In this document: positions 12,601 to 27,600 of the stretch, one piece after another | Layout: each line of letters opens with the position of its first letter | Position numbering within the stretch: the first letter of the stretch is position 1 | DNA from: Malacoraja senta | Taxonomy: Eukaryota | Reading direction: 5' to 3' | Assembly: GCA_038087875.1 (NCBI GenBank) | Contig: CM075987.1 | Coordinates: 20,088,001 to 20,152,000, forward strand | Length of the DNA: 64,000 bases | Notes under the pieces: generated by a model | The model's database searches: none | Told to the model about the DNA's origin: nothing | The model's input: the letters and a program-made list of their open reading frames with translations, nothing else | Made by a program: the position numbers and the translations under genes

Positions 12601-15600
12601 GAGGTTGTTGAATCTGACAATTTATAGTGTTGTACAGCAAAAATGGGGAGGAAACGAGTGCCAGACGGACACAGAAATTGAGCCAAGCCAATGGGCTCGG
12701 GAGCTGTAATGATTTCTAAAAATATTTCTGAAATTTCTAAAAATATGAAATCAGCTCCTTAGCAGACAAACAAATGTTTTTAAAAGTAGGTAAGCCTGTT
12801 TCAAAATGTTCTGTTTCATTATAAATTAAATGGACATCCACTAAACACATTCCCAATGAAATCAGAAATGCCTCATTTCATTCTTTTGGCAAAAGAAATG
12901 TTTATACTTCTTTTAACATGACTGTGCAATTTATCAACTCTGTGTATCTTCAAACCAATCACAAATGAGGCCAGGGACAACATTCAAATTTGCAAAAAAA
13001 ACAGTTGAATCATTGAATCATTTTTAAATTAATATCAAAATCAATTTTATTCTTAAATTTCTTTTTTTACTTCGAGTTTCATTTAAAAAATCCTCACAGC
13101 AGTTGATATCTTATCTTTTACACACAAGTGATTGCATCTCATGGACTAAAGAGCAAGCAACAAATGGTTTGTTCTACTGGAGAGATCATGCAGCATATAA
13201 TTGGAGATGTTTTTTGATAGAATAAATCTTGGAAGGCTCCTCTGAATACTGCAGTGATTAATGAGTGATTTATATTTTTAATATTGCCTTTACATATGAG
13301 AATAAATATGTCCATATGGAAGTTAAATCAGAAGCACCATAATGTGAGTGAAGTGCTGGGAATGGTCCACTGGCAAAACAACAACTGCAGACAGAGAAAC
13401 AACGTGACTATTTCAGATGAATAAGAACTGGAAAATGTAATCACTTAATTGCATAGATGCACACTAAAGGAAGGGCACCGGGTAGGAAGTAATAAAGGGA
13501 GGAATGAGCTGGCAAAAGGAGGTGAAAAAAACCTAAACAGGATAGTTGTGGTTCTTTTGCCTCAGACCTTCCCGTTTGTTCTTGCCTCTCCTCTTTCCTA
13601 ACTTAAATCTAGTTCTAAAGCTCTAGCACATCCTGTATAAATGTACTGCAAGCTGTCAGAAACACTGAGAGCAAAGTGTAGTTCAGTACATCTTCCATAA
13701 ATACGACAAAAGGCATGCATCCATGCCTTTAATGAAATGCTGTGATAATGTCTTGTGCAGTCTCCAGACATTAAGGCAGAGTTGGTGCTTATGTTGTGTC
13801 TGTTCATTGAAGTGACCTGGCTGAGCCATTGGGAGGTTTCCTAGTCTTTACAATCCACAGGGAGAAGAGATTGCCAAATCCTAGAGTGATTTACGTAGAC
13901 TATCTGTTTTTTCCCAGTTCTGATGAAATGTTGTCATCCTGAAATGTTCATAATGTTTCTCCACAAAATGGGAATTGACCTGCTGAGAATTTCATATTTT
14001 CATTACTTTAATCTACAGTCGGAACAGCCTGCTGTGGAAAATGCCTTTGCTGATTCTTTGTTGCAACCTCATGCAATTGAAAATTGTCAACCATCACACT
14101 TAACTATGACTACAGTTTGTAAGTCTTGCGCATAATTGCTTTCAAGTAACTAAAATTAATATAGTTCCTTGAAGCTTTCATATAGATTTGGCTGGAAGGT
14201 CAAGAATGGGTTAAATGCACGACTACTGAAAAGTCTCATTTCAATTCCACCTTTCAGGGACTTTTGCTATTGAGTTTGTTCAGTCATGATGGACCATAAG
14301 ATTAACTGTTCCCATTAATTAAAAAAAATTGGGATCTAGCCAATGGAATCTGGAATGAGTTAGTTCTTAATGCAAGTTCATGTTGGCCTGAATTTGCATA
14401 AATCACTCCAGGATTTGGCCGTCTCTCTTCCCTGTGGATGGTGAAGACGAGGAAATCTCCTAGTGGAGCTTCCAAGACTCTTAAATAATCAGAGCCTCAT
14501 ACCACAGTATAAGCACCCATTCTTCTTTAATGCCCAGAGATTTTGCAAGAATTATTAGAGCTTTCACCAAAGACAGTCTTCTTCCTCTGTTGTTCTTGAT
14601 GTTCATCCGTGGTCGGGGCCTCCCGAGCCCTCTGCAGTCGTCGCTACGGGTGGCCCGATATTCAGGCCCGCTCGCCGGGATGCTGGAACGGGAGGACAAC
14701 CTCAGCGGCTTGGACCTCCTAATCGGCCACTTCCTACCCGAGTCCGCGGCTCCCGAAGTCCACAGGCTGCGCTGGGCGGAGATTCAACACTGGTGGCCCT
14801 CGGCAAAGGGTCTCAGGACTCCACGATGTTGTTCAGCACCGCCCGCGTTGGGATCTCTTCAAATCTCAGCTCCGCGATGTTGGAGCAGCGGGCCCAGCAC
14901 TCCGGAGCTTCAAACGGCGATCCAGGTAGGCATCGCTCCGCTCCGCAGTGAATCCGGCGCTGCGACTCCGCTGCTGAAGTTGTGGTCCGGGTCCCCGGCA
15001 GGAAAGGCCACTCCAATCCAGATGGTAGGCGGGTGGCGAGGACGCTACTCGGAGAATAGTCGGGTCCTCGCCAGGAAGTGACTGGGAAATGGTTTCCCAC
15101 TTACCCTACCCCCCTCCCCAACGTAGAAAAACTAAAGAATCCCCAAAACAAACTTTTAAGATAAACTAAAATAAAAAAAGATAGAAAAAAACAGACAGAC
15201 TGTAGGCAGAGGCTGCCTTCAATGTGTCGCCCCTAGTCAGCCGTATACCAACTGACTGTGAGAAATTAACTCCATGAATGTGCTAAAATAATTAGCATTC
15301 GTAAAATAATTAATATGGGGAAATTAGTAGGACTGAAAGGTAATAAATCCCTAGGACCTGATGACCTGGATCTTATCATTTTGAAGGAGGTGGCTATGGG
15401 AATAATAGACACATTGGCTTTCAAAAATTCCATGGTTTCTAGAATGATACTGGGAGATTGGAAAAGAACAAATATGACCCCACTATTTAAAAAATGAAGG
15501 AGAGAATAAACAGGGCTCTACTGAGCAGTTAGCCTAAAAACAGCAGTGAGGAAAATACTATAAGAAAGTGGAAATAATGCATTTAGAAAACAATAACAAA

Positions 15601-18600
15601 TTGGGTAGTCAACATAGAATTATGAAAAGAAAATCATGTTTGCACAAATTACTCCAGGATTTGGCAGTTTCTTCTCCTTGTGGATGGTGAAGACGATGAA
15701 TTTTAAAATTATAACTACTAGAATGGATAAGTAGAAACCAATTTATGTGGGGCCTGTGAACTTTTAAAGGACCTTTAGTAAGACGTCACTCAAGATTGAC
15801 TAAGATTGGACCTCAGTTTGAGGTGATATTCTACTATGGTTTGATGACGTTGTATAAGACGTTGGTGAGACCGCAGTTGTATAAGACGTTGGTGAGACCG
15901 CATTTGGAATATTGTGTTCAGTTCTGGGCACCATGCTATAGGAAATATATTATCAAGCTTGAAAGGGTTCAGAGAAGATTTATGAGGATGTTGCCAGGTC
16001 TAGAGGGTGTGAGCTATATGGAGAGGTTGAGTAGGCTGGGTCTCACTATTCCTTGTAGTGCAGGAGGATGAGGGGTGATCTTATAGAGGTGTACAAAATC
16101 ATGAGAGGAATAGATTGGGTAGATGTACAGAGTCTCTTGCCCAGAATGTAGGGGAATGTAGGACCAGAGGACATAGGTTCAAGGTAAAGGGGAAAAGATG
16201 TAATAGATATCTGAGGGGTAACTATTTCACACAAAGGGTGGTGGGTGTATGGAGCAAGCTGCCAGATGAGGTAGTTGAGGCTGGGACTATTCCAACGTTT
16301 AGGAAACAGACAGGTATATGGATAGGACAGGTTTGGAGGGATATGGACCAAGCACAGGCCGGTGGGACTAGTGTAGCTGGGACATGTTGTCCGGTGTGGG
16401 CAAGTTGGGCCGAAGGGCCTGTTTCTACACTGTATCACTCTATGACTCTAAAGGTGCCGACCAAAAATGTCACCTATTCATTTTCTCCAGAGATGCTGCC
16501 TGACTCACTGAGTTACTCCAGCACTTTGTGTCTATCTTGGGTAGCAACGTGGTTCTGAGGATGGTGCTAAAAGGTACCAGTAGGTTTCGTGAATGGCAGA
16601 TGGTACATACAGCAGAAACATAGAAGGTCCAATTCTTTGGTGGAAAAACTATAAAGGAAGAATATTTTGTAAGCATTGAGAGATTAATAGATACAGGTAT
16701 TCAGAAGGATCTAAGTGTCTTCGTACACAAATCACTGAAAGTTATTATGCAGGTACAGCAAGCAAACGGAATGTTGGCATTTGTTTTCAAGACTATTTGA
16801 GTAATGCAGGAATTGTTTAGGTCTCGAAGTGGTCATTGTGGTCAGCGATGAGAAAATAATTTCTACACCCAGAGGGTCATGAATCTTGGGAATTCTAGAT
16901 TCAAGAAAACATTAGAAACAGAGATCGATAGGTTTGTAGGTAATAATGGAATGAAGGAATGAAAAGTTAGTGCAGGAAATTGGTTCCGAGTTGATAGTTC
17001 AACTATATATTGAACAGAGCAGGTAACTCCTGCTTTAAGATGGAGATAGGCCAATATTTGAAAGATTGAAGAATTGAGGATTATTGGGAACTAGCATACG
17101 AGGAGATGCCATTAGGTATCAATCATGACTGGCTGGGCAGACTTTAGAGGCCTGGTATCTACCCCTGCTCCTATATTTTTGTCTTCTTGTGTTTTGTGTT
17201 CTTATGTGCTTCTGTTTCTCTTTCTCTTAATCCAGAGGCTTGAGTACATGCCTGTGACTACATTCATGGATGGTACATTCTACTCGTGGTTAGATAAACA
17301 AGCTCATGTGCTGGAGCTTCGAAAGTAGATTTAAGTTTTACTTCCTGCATATACTGGTGATAAATTGGATCTCTTGACCAAACTCTTAAACTTTCAGTAC
17401 ATAATTAAATTCAAACAGTCTAGTCAGCCCCAATGTTTATTCAGATTACATGCCTCAAAACTAATCTTAGAAAATTCTTTGTTGCTGTGATCCCAATGGC
17501 CACATTTCTTTGTGATTTAACACTTTTCACAGTTCAAGATTTTGGCTGGTTTCTGCTGAATTCAAGTCTCAAGTTTCCAAGAGGTACTCTGTAATAAATC
17601 TTTGAAATACATAGTGACTGCATGCTCCTGTGGTTGAAATGTTGGCCTTTCACCTCAAAGATTAATTCAGCCAAACTAATGAGATAAAAGTTTCCGTCAT
17701 CTTGTAACAAGCCAGTTCCTGAAAGTAGTACATCCACAGCCCAAAACAGCCGCTCATGAAGTTATATTTAAAACAAAATCAGCATTCTAATTCAAAGGAG
17801 CGAGAGCATATCTGGTTTTGGAAGCAGGAAATTATTATGTTTACAGAATAGGAGTGAGACAAATATTTGGTGAAGTGCAGAACAATACTAAATTTGGTTT
17901 AGAAATTGGTAGGACAATACTGTAACTCCAGTCGTTGAGACAAGGAGTGTTTCAACTCCCTGGAGACAAGTCCCTTACCTTGAAGAAATCCACAGTAATT
18001 CAGTAAATGAAATGCATGAGGAACTTTGACCTTTAAAGAACTTTTTTAATTTTATATAAAATTATATAAATATAAAGCAAAAAAACAAACTGAACTATGG
18101 TTTTAGAACATAAATCCGCCAATCGAATAACACATATTTAGCTTTAGCACAAGAAAAAGAGAGCTTAAATCAAATTATTAGTTTCTAGGTGAAGATTTGA
18201 AAAGGGGAGACGTTGTGTTAAACCTGTTTAAAACCATGGTCGTTTGGTCATCTAGCTATACAGCACAGAAACAGGCCCTTCAGCCAACTGGTCCATGCTG
18301 ACCAAATTAGTCCCATACCTGCATCTGACCCTTATCCCTCCAAACCTTTCCTATCCATGTTCCTGTCCAAGTGTCTTCTAGATGTTGTAATTGTACCCAT
18401 CTTTACTATTTCCTCTGACAGCTCGTTCCATGCACACACCACTATCTGTGTGAAAACCTGCCCCTCGGATTCCTTTGAATTTTTCCCCTTTCACCTTAAA
18501 CCTTTCCCTTCTAATTTTAGACTTCCTTCTCTGGGAAATAGGCTAACTATTCACCTTTCTAATCCCCTCATGGTTTTATATACCTCTATACGGTCACCTC

Positions 18601-21600
18601 TCAGCCTCCTACGCTTCAGGGAAAAAAGATCTATACAGGACTTCAGTGTCACTGCCTCCACATACAGGCTATCATCAAGTACTCCAAAGGGACCATCTTT
18701 TTTCTTTGATATCCTCTTTCCCTCTATTGAAACTGAAACCCCATTTCCCTCAGTCATCGGTATGGATCTATTGCCTGATCATTTATGGATAAATCATATC
18801 TAACAGAGAAAGAGAAAATCCATAGTTGTGTTTGAAGTATTTCAATTGATCCTTCATACTCTTTCACCTTAAATATATGAATGTAATTATTGATCCAGTG
18901 AAGAGTGCAATTGTTCACAATAATCGTCTATATCTCAGTAGTCTTCACACTCACCTCCATAGCCTAGCCGTGAGGGTGAGTCAAACAATATACAGTCAGA
19001 ATTATTTGCTAATTAGCATAATAAATTTAATTATTTCATTTTTTAAATTATTCGCTCAGGGATGTAGCCTATGTGGGCTGATCCAGCATCTAATTACTCA
19101 TTCCAAGTTGCCTTTGAGAATTTGGTGAAAGCACAGCAAATGTCCAAGATACATGCATATAATCCGCCAGATGCTATGCTGTGTGCCAGCAAGTGTGGCC
19201 AAATCTGGGACAGCTGTTTTTGGAAAAGAGATGTGCATATTGCCTAGGGAACCCGTAGGTTTAATTTAGTTTAGTTTAGAGATACAGCACAGAAACAGGC
19301 CTTTCGGCCCACTGAGCCCGCTCCGACCAGCAATCCCCGCACATTAACATTACCCTACACACACTCGGGACAATTTACACTTATACCAAGCCAATTAACC
19401 TCTAAATCTGTATGTCTTTGGAGTGTGGGAGGAAACCGAAAATCTCGAAGAAAACTCACACGGTCATGGGGAGAACATTCAAACTCCGTACAGACAGCAC
19501 CCATAGTCAGGATCGAACCTTGGTCTCCAGCGCTGCAAGTGCTGTAAGGCAGCAACTCTACCCCTGCACCGCCATGCCGCCATAGCAGGGAGAAATGTTG
19601 ACACCTGCAGGACGATAGCAGTGTCACGTTCCTCCTTGTCAATGGGGAATCAGCGTCATTAGGGTGCTGAGTAGACAACTGTTAGAAGATTATTCATGTG
19701 ACATAGCCAGGTATGATTCTTTCAAAGACTGCACATTTGCAACACATTTTCATGGTTATATGTCTAATAATTTGTAATATATGATTTCTGCAATTTGTTA
19801 AGTGTTTGGAATGTTGAACTCATTACCACATGAAGGGATTGGGACAAATGGCTAAGATGCATTCAGAAGGAAACCAAGCACAGGAAAGAATATGGATAAA
19901 GAGGCCAAAATAAGCAAATGGATGAGGAAACAGTGTTTCACTGCAATTCCACTTGTTGGAGCATCTCACAGTTCTAAATTATTTTAGGACAGAAGCTCAT
20001 TATTTTGTAAAGCTTTGAAGTTAAAAGTTCAATGAAGGAAAGTTAACTTATGCAGAAGAGTGGACTGTAGTATTGTGGACTGTGGGGATCTGTATAAAAG
20101 AGTTGAGGCCTTTAAGCCCGTAAAGGCTTTATGTTTCCCCTCTTTATTTAAGGAAGCTACACAGGAATTTCATCTACCCTTTCACTGAAATCTCCTTCAT
20201 GAATACCTATTAAAAATTTTCATTTAACACCTTGCCTGTATCTTCTAGCTCCATGCATAGATTACCCATGTTGTTGCTAATGTTTCCCTGGTTATTCTTT
20301 GTATAATATATTTATTACAACTCCTTCAGATTTAGCTTAATACTGTCTGCCAGTGATTTCTCTTGACCTCTCTTTGCGTCCCAATTTTTTTTTTAATGCT
20401 TGCCTTTACATACTCTTGACAAACTTTCCCTATCATTACTTCTGTTATGTGCTTCCCATTTTCTCTTTAGGCGATCCTCAATAATTCTCGACATCCAGGG
20501 TTCTGGACCCTCGACGTTACCTCTAGTTTTTACCCTTCCATGAATATGTTGCCATTGAACTCTTGATATTTCTTTGAATGTTTCCCACTGTGCAGATGTA
20601 GATACACGGTGGCGCAGCGGTAGAGTTGCTGTCTTACAGTGAATGCAGTGCCGGAGACCCGGGTTCGATCCCAATTACGGATGCTGTCTGTATAGAGTTC
20701 GTACGCTCTCCCCGTGACCTGTGTGGGTTTTCTCTGAGATCTTCGGTTTCCTCCCACATTCCAAAGACATACAGGTGTCTAGCTTAATTGGCTTGGTAAA
20801 TGTAAAAATTGTCACCAGTGGGTGTAGGATAGTGTTAATGTGCGGGAATCGCTGGTCGGCGCGGATCCGGTGAGCCGAAGGGCCTGTTTCCGTGCTGTAT
20901 CTCTGAACTAAACTAAACTAAACCTGCAAATCGATGCTCCCAATCTACCTTTGCCAGGTCCTCCCTTAGGTTAATAAAATTGGCCTAACCCCTATTTAGA
21001 TTTTCATTACAAGTCCAGCCCTATCCTTTTCCATATTCACTTTAAAATTTATGGATGTGTAGAAAGGAACTGCAGATGCTGGTATATACCGAAGATAGAC
21101 ACAAGGTGCTGGAGTAACTCAGCGGGTCAGGCAGCACCTTTGGCGAAAAAGGATGGGTGACGTTTCAGACCCAAAATATCGGCTATTCCAGCGTCTATCT
21201 TAAAATATATGGAGTTCTAATTCCCTCACTGACACTCCTTCACTTGGCCTGCTACATTCCCGAAAATAAGATCTAGTAATGCTCCTTCCCTTCTTGCTCC
21301 ATCTACCTACTGCCTCAAAAATCCCTCCTGGGCACGTCAAAAATTCTGATCTCACTGAGCATTCAGGCTAAGGCACTCCCAACTGATATTTGGAAACTTA
21401 AAGGTAGACAAAAATGCTGGAGAAACTCAGCGGGTGAGGCAGCATCTATGGAGCGAAGGAAATAGGCAACGTTTCGGGTCGAGGCCCTTCTTCAGACTGA
21501 TGTGGGGGTGAGGGGGTGGGGGGGGGGGGCGGGAAGAAGTTGGAAAATTAAAAATCCCCCTAATACAATAATTTTTATTTAATCTCTTTGACTCATCAAT

Positions 21601-24600
21601 TTTGATCATCTTCAAAATAAATTAAATGGCGCAACTGACCTTATTAAGGAAACATTGTAAATAGAAAATTTTTTGCTAACCTGATATCTAATGTTTCAAG
21701 CTTTGCTTAGATTTTTCAAAGACAAATTCTAGCCTCAATTGACATTGCCTTTAGTTTGTTCGAGTGATGAGTTTATTGAAGTTCAGCTGGCCACCAGATG
21801 GAGAATCTTAGAATCTCTTCTCCCCTTGCTACATGTGGCTGTTTGTAATGCTGCATTGATGTGGATTATGATAAAGTGGGAAATCTAGATAATCCAGCAT
21901 CTAACTTCTCTTGTTGTAATAAAGGTTAATAAAACAAAGACATCCATGAAATTGGAATGGACATATCTTAATGTTCAATAAATTCATTTTTAAGAACATT
22001 TTGTTAAATTGCAGCAGGACTAATTATTAGGCTATTTATCAAACTGTCTTTCATCAGCTTTTCTGTTTACTGGTAGTTTCCTGAATAACCAGTAAAATAA
22101 CAAAATTATGTCATCTTTCCCAAAACTGCTCATTTAGTACATTCAAAATTTATTGAAGTCTTATGTGTAATTGCAAAACAGGATATTTTTAAAACTTGAA
22201 AGCATTTTTACAAGCAGTTGGCAACAAGCATTTACGTCCCCAGATAACATTTAAATCTTTTTAAATCTGGCTCAGATATCAATGTAACTGTGGTTTCAGA
22301 ATTAACATCATATTTGCCAACTTTAGAATCCGGTTTGAAAGTAACATAGACTTTTGGAGGCACAGTGGTGCAGCAGTTAGTTCTGCTGCCTCAATATTCC
22401 AGGGACCAGGTTCGATCCTGACCTAGGGTGATTTACGTGCAATGTTTGCACATTCTCTTCTTTTTTATTTTTTTTATTTTTTTTAATTTATTAGAAGTAT
22501 TGTACATTGCAGTGATATCAAGCAACAATAAAATTATACATTACTTGTACCACTTCTTATTTTAAACTTTAAAAAGAAGAAAGATAGAAAGAGTTAGCAA
22601 AGATAGTGAGTGAGTGAAAGAGTGGTCCAGAGAAACCCGTAGGAACATAAACCACAAGAAAGAGTTAAACAGAAAACCAAAGGAAAAGAAAGAAAAAAAT
22701 AGAGAACAGAAGAAAGTAAGATAAGATAAGATAAGATAAAAGGGATGTACCTACTTCATATCTTTACACACCCCTCACCAGGTCCTGAAACCATTTATTT
22801 TCAACGTTATGCTGCACCCTATGCTTGTAATAAGTCGATAAATGGAGACCAAATCTTTTGGAAATGGTCTGATTTGCCTGCTAATTCTCTTCTTGACGAC
22901 ATAAATTTCCTCTGGAAGTTCTGGTTTCCTCCCATATACTGAAGATGAACTGGTAGGTTAATTGGATCATTGAATTACCCGTATTGTAGGTTAATAGCAA
23001 AAAGAATCAAAGGGAAATTGATAGGTATGTATGTGAGTGAGTAAGAATGAGTTGCGGGGAACTAATAAAGAGGGAGAATGAACAAGTGGAATTGCTCCCC
23101 TGGGAAATAGCATGGCCCTGAAGAACAGAATGGGCTCCTTTGGTGTCATTATAAAATATAAGTAGAGATATAGGTATAAGATGTCCTTGAATTGGACTTC
23201 TGTTCATGACTAGAATCCATTGACTATTGTGAGACATTTAATTTTGTTACAATTTGAAACAATGACATTATTGCAGTTGAGTGACTTCTGTTTTCATGGG
23301 GGTTTTTTCTCATTTTTTGAATCCCATGCAATTCAAAATATTAATTGTACACAAAGGAGATTTGCAATGCAGACCTAAATAGTATGTACACTATTCTGGG
23401 AATATTCAGACCTGTCAAAGGGTCTGCTTCTGTCCACGATCCCGTGTCTGAAAATTACCCCAACTATTCTGGTTCTCAGTCTGTGAGTTCATTTATTAAC
23501 TGTAGGTTATTCCCTTCTCTCTCCCACCCTCATCCCAAATCTTCAAAGAATTTGTGGCGTAGGATTGCAATGAACAGTTTCCTGTATTTTAGTCATTTAC
23601 AGAGTGAAATGAATGATGCTACAATTGATGGGTGTTCACAAAAGACGGCTTTAAGACATTGCCTACAGCAGTTAAAGAAACTTTGTAAAACCCTTCAGAT
23701 AATTAGCAAGTAGCTGTTACAACAAGGCTAAGGCTGATATTCCAGGGCTGTCATCACCATTAATCTGGTCACCTCTCCAGGGCAAAATAAATATACATAT
23801 TGCTGAACGTGCTTTATAGAAAATTTCCTTCAACTTTTTATTGTTCCAACAACCTAGGAATGGTATTTTGGGAAAATACAATTACAAAGTATGGAATGGA
23901 AAATCCACTTTAAAAAGATCATGCTGAATCATTGCCAGTCCACACTCAAATTTGTCTCAATGGATTTCACATAAAATCTACTCATAAAATCAAAATAAAT
24001 TAGTGAAAAAATAGACGCAATAGGAAACTTGAATAAACTCGAAGATAAAATCATTCCAATGATAATTTTCTGTTGATTCCACATTTTTGCTAAAGTTACA
24101 GACAAGAATAGTTATCTTCCTTGTGACTCCACAGTATATATCAATACAATATCACAGTTTCATCAATTGACATGCGAATGTATACAATCTCCTCTACTCC
24201 AATAATAACATCTCTATCCACGATTCTGCTACTGTATGCAGATTTGAAACTTTATTTAATTAATTTAGATGTGACTGAAATTAGGTGCAAAGATGCCTCT
24301 GATTATTTCATTATGCAAGTTTAAAGGTTGCTGTAAAATTTCCCTGAAATTATAAAGTTTAGGCATTATATTTTGATTTCTTCAAACTTAAAGTTGGCCA
24401 AAGAGTTCTGGAAAATAGAAGTTTTAACCATAAACATGGCAAAATCATGTTAATGAGAAAGATTATTTTCTACTTCATTACAAAAGCATTTATTCTTAAT
24501 CTAAACTATATCCAGAATTTTAGGAAGTATAAGATTTATTATACTAAAGTTTGGTTGTTGGAGTTCTGCTTTCTGGATACATTTTATCTTTATGTTCAGC

Positions 24601-27600
24601 TGAGTTGGTTTTTACCGGTTCTTGCCCTTTGCATTGAATAGAATTTCATACAATGATGAGACATCATTAGTCCAGGGAGTGATGAGTAGGAGAGAGGTGA
24701 GGAAAATGGCAGAATTCAGTTCTAACCAGAAGAAGCATCCCTCATATGACATAGTCAGCAAACACAGATCAACGTAACACCAGCCTACTGAAAAGTCATC
24801 AATATGGAATGTTAACTTTGTTCTCTCCTTCAAACTGCTGTCTAATATGATCTCTCTGCAGCCCTCTCTGTTTTTGTATCACCGTCTTAGTAAGTGATTT
24901 TTCTACAAACTGTGTAAAGTGATTTTCATCCATTGATGATTATTTTTATCCAGGGACCCGAAGGAAAGCTGGGAAAACCTGGGATAAGGGGAATACCTGG
25001 CAGAAAGGTGTGTTGCACTTATGATTTGTTTTGGAGTAGCAAAAGGAGCACCAGTATTTGCCATTTTTTACATACTGAACCAACACCCTTCGCCTAAGTC
25101 ATCGGATGTTCTACTCTGCTTGTCAATCATTGTATCCATCTATCTTTCTCTCAATATTTGGCCCATTAATTTCTATTGTCTCCTTCCAGATTGTCCTTAC
25201 ATCCAAGAGATAAAATTGATTAAAAAAACAAAACAAATCCTCGCACTGCTAATACATAAGAGGCAAAGCAATGCACCTCTGAAGTATCTTTGAAAGGCTC
25301 TAAACCTTGCCATATAATATTGGTTGAAGATAACACTTTCATGCTCTTATGGAATTATTGAAACTTACATTGGTACATCATTTCCTCTGTGAACTTGTAA
25401 GAGATCCATGAACAAACTGCAAAACTGTTCAGCCTGTGGAAATCAACAGCATACTTTATTTGTCCCAGTAGTGATACTATGGTGGATAGATTTTCAATGC
25501 AAATTTTCTTGTATTCACACATCATTGAAAGATATAGATTGTATTCACCCTGGCTATTATATTTCTGATCTTGCGTCCAGTGCCAATGGGCATGGTATCC
25601 GCCGCTGAAAGAGCATTGTAATCTATCCAACAATTCAAACAACTTAATCAAAATGCCTTTCCAATGCCTCTCTTCATTTTCCATCCTCAGAATTACTTGT
25701 TTGCAAATAATAAATACTCAGGTCTACCTTTTCCTTCTGAAGATATTTGGTAGAATGTTTTCTTTTTTAATTTAGAATCTAATTGTTTCTTGCACTATGC
25801 CACTATTTGATATTTAGAATTACATATAAAATGGGTTGAAATCAAACTTAACTAGCCAGTGCTGATGTACCTGCTAACCCTTTCATGCATCATGTTGCAG
25901 GGTAGCAAAGGACACTTGGGATATCTGGGAGAAACTGGACCCCCAGGAGACCAAGGACCTATAGGAACCCAGGGGCCCAAGGGATCTCGAGGAACACGAG
26001 GATCTTTGGTATTCAGCTTCATAAATATAGTATCTTTTACTGAATTAAACCATCACCAAAAAGCCTACAAGAATGTAAAGTTAACTATTAATAGTATTAA
26101 CGGAGGCGGCTCGTTTTTCCACATTAAGTGCAGCAGACTGTCTTGATATTGTTTAAACATTGATATTGCTTTTAATTGAAGACCTAGTTCAGTTTTGCAG
26201 TGTTCGATAAAATACATAGATGTGTAATGTAGTGAGATTTTTTTTCATTCTCAGCCTGATTTTTGTTTACTGAAATTCTATTTTAAGCCTAGATAGTGCT
26301 TTATTTGGTGGACAAAAGGTGTCAGTACACACCATGAATAAACATGGCTGGAACACAAAATAATTACATTTAACTTTTCAGAGTTGTACATTGTTATGAA
26401 TTAAAATACTGACTTTAGACATTCTAAACACTGGGTCCTAATAGGCATTGCATTAGGGCAAAGTTATATATTTAACTGATTTTCCAATGAATGTATAAAT
26501 CAAATAATTTAAAATTAACAAACATCACGATAACTTCTTGCTTCCTGATTCAATTTTCAGTCAAGATTTTTTCTTCCCTCTTTGATAGGGTGCTCCTGGT
26601 CGAATGGGAGTTCAGGGTGAACCTGGGTTACCAGGCTATGAGGTAAGGACATTTCAATGCACGGACATTAGTAATGTTTACTTCTTTATAATGGATAACT
26701 GCACAGGTCCAAATGTGAAATGGAATATTCTTAAACTATTTCAACAGATTTGAATATTTTTTGCAGGAGCATCATATTAAAAAATAAAAACATATAACGC
26801 TGGAAAAACTGAACAAGATGGGCAGCATCTGCAGAGAGATTAAAATCAAACTGCTGGAGAAACTCAGTGGGTCAGGCACCATCTATGGTGGGAAAGGAAT
26901 TGTTCAAGTCCTGATGCATGGTCTTGACCCTAAACATCAACCATTCCTTTCTCTCCACAGTTGCTACCTGACCTGTTAAGTTCCTCCAACAGTTTGGTTT
27001 ATTTGCTCCATATTCCAGCATCTGCAGTCTGTTGTGCCTCTGAGGAATGAAAAGCAGAGCAAATGTTCCTTGTCAAAGACCCTTCATTAGAACACCATAT
27101 GCTATTTTTTTATCGTGGAAATCTGTGAATTGCTAGTGTGGCCAATACCAATGCTGTCAAGTGGATGTTTTGTACATTACATGGTTTGCTGTTCTGCTGT
27201 AGACATTGTAAAGAATTAACCATGCCAGACCAATGAATAGGCCAATTTGGAGGTAACATATCCTTCCCTGAATGGTGAAGAAAGAACCGCAGATGCTGGA
27301 AAAATCGAAGGTAGACAAAAATGCTGAAACTCAGCGGGTGAGGCAGCATCTATGGAGAGAAGGAATAGGTGACGTTTCAGGTCGAGACCCTTCTTCAGAC
27401 TGATGTCGGGGGGGGAGGGGGGGTGGCCGTAAAAAGAAAGGAAGAGGCGGAGACAGTAGGCTTGTGGGAGAGCTGGGAAGGGGAGGGGAAGGTGGGAGAA
27501 AGCAAGGACTACCTGAAATTTGCACTGGGCCTCACTCTGGCAATGGCGGAGGCCCAGGACAGAAAGGTCGGATTCGGAATGGGAGGTGGAGTTGAAGTGC

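Larger units (their letters stand above)
20150..21570 (-). mobile_element. Old CR1 ORF2 (endonuclease-to-RT region) fragment hosting one SINE and two PLE inserts
   Basis: Minus-strand [16 protein letters not shown]...[10 protein letters not shown]; continuity across nested inserts. Confidence 0.6.

Noticed and set aside
20605-20680. tRNA gene
   Set aside because: A/B boxes are the head of a SINE that continues into the V-core and LINE tail
21505-21535. G-runs as functional G-quadruplexes (also 33275, 34186, 52333)
   Set aside because: Homopolymer expansions within TE copies, error-prone in assembly
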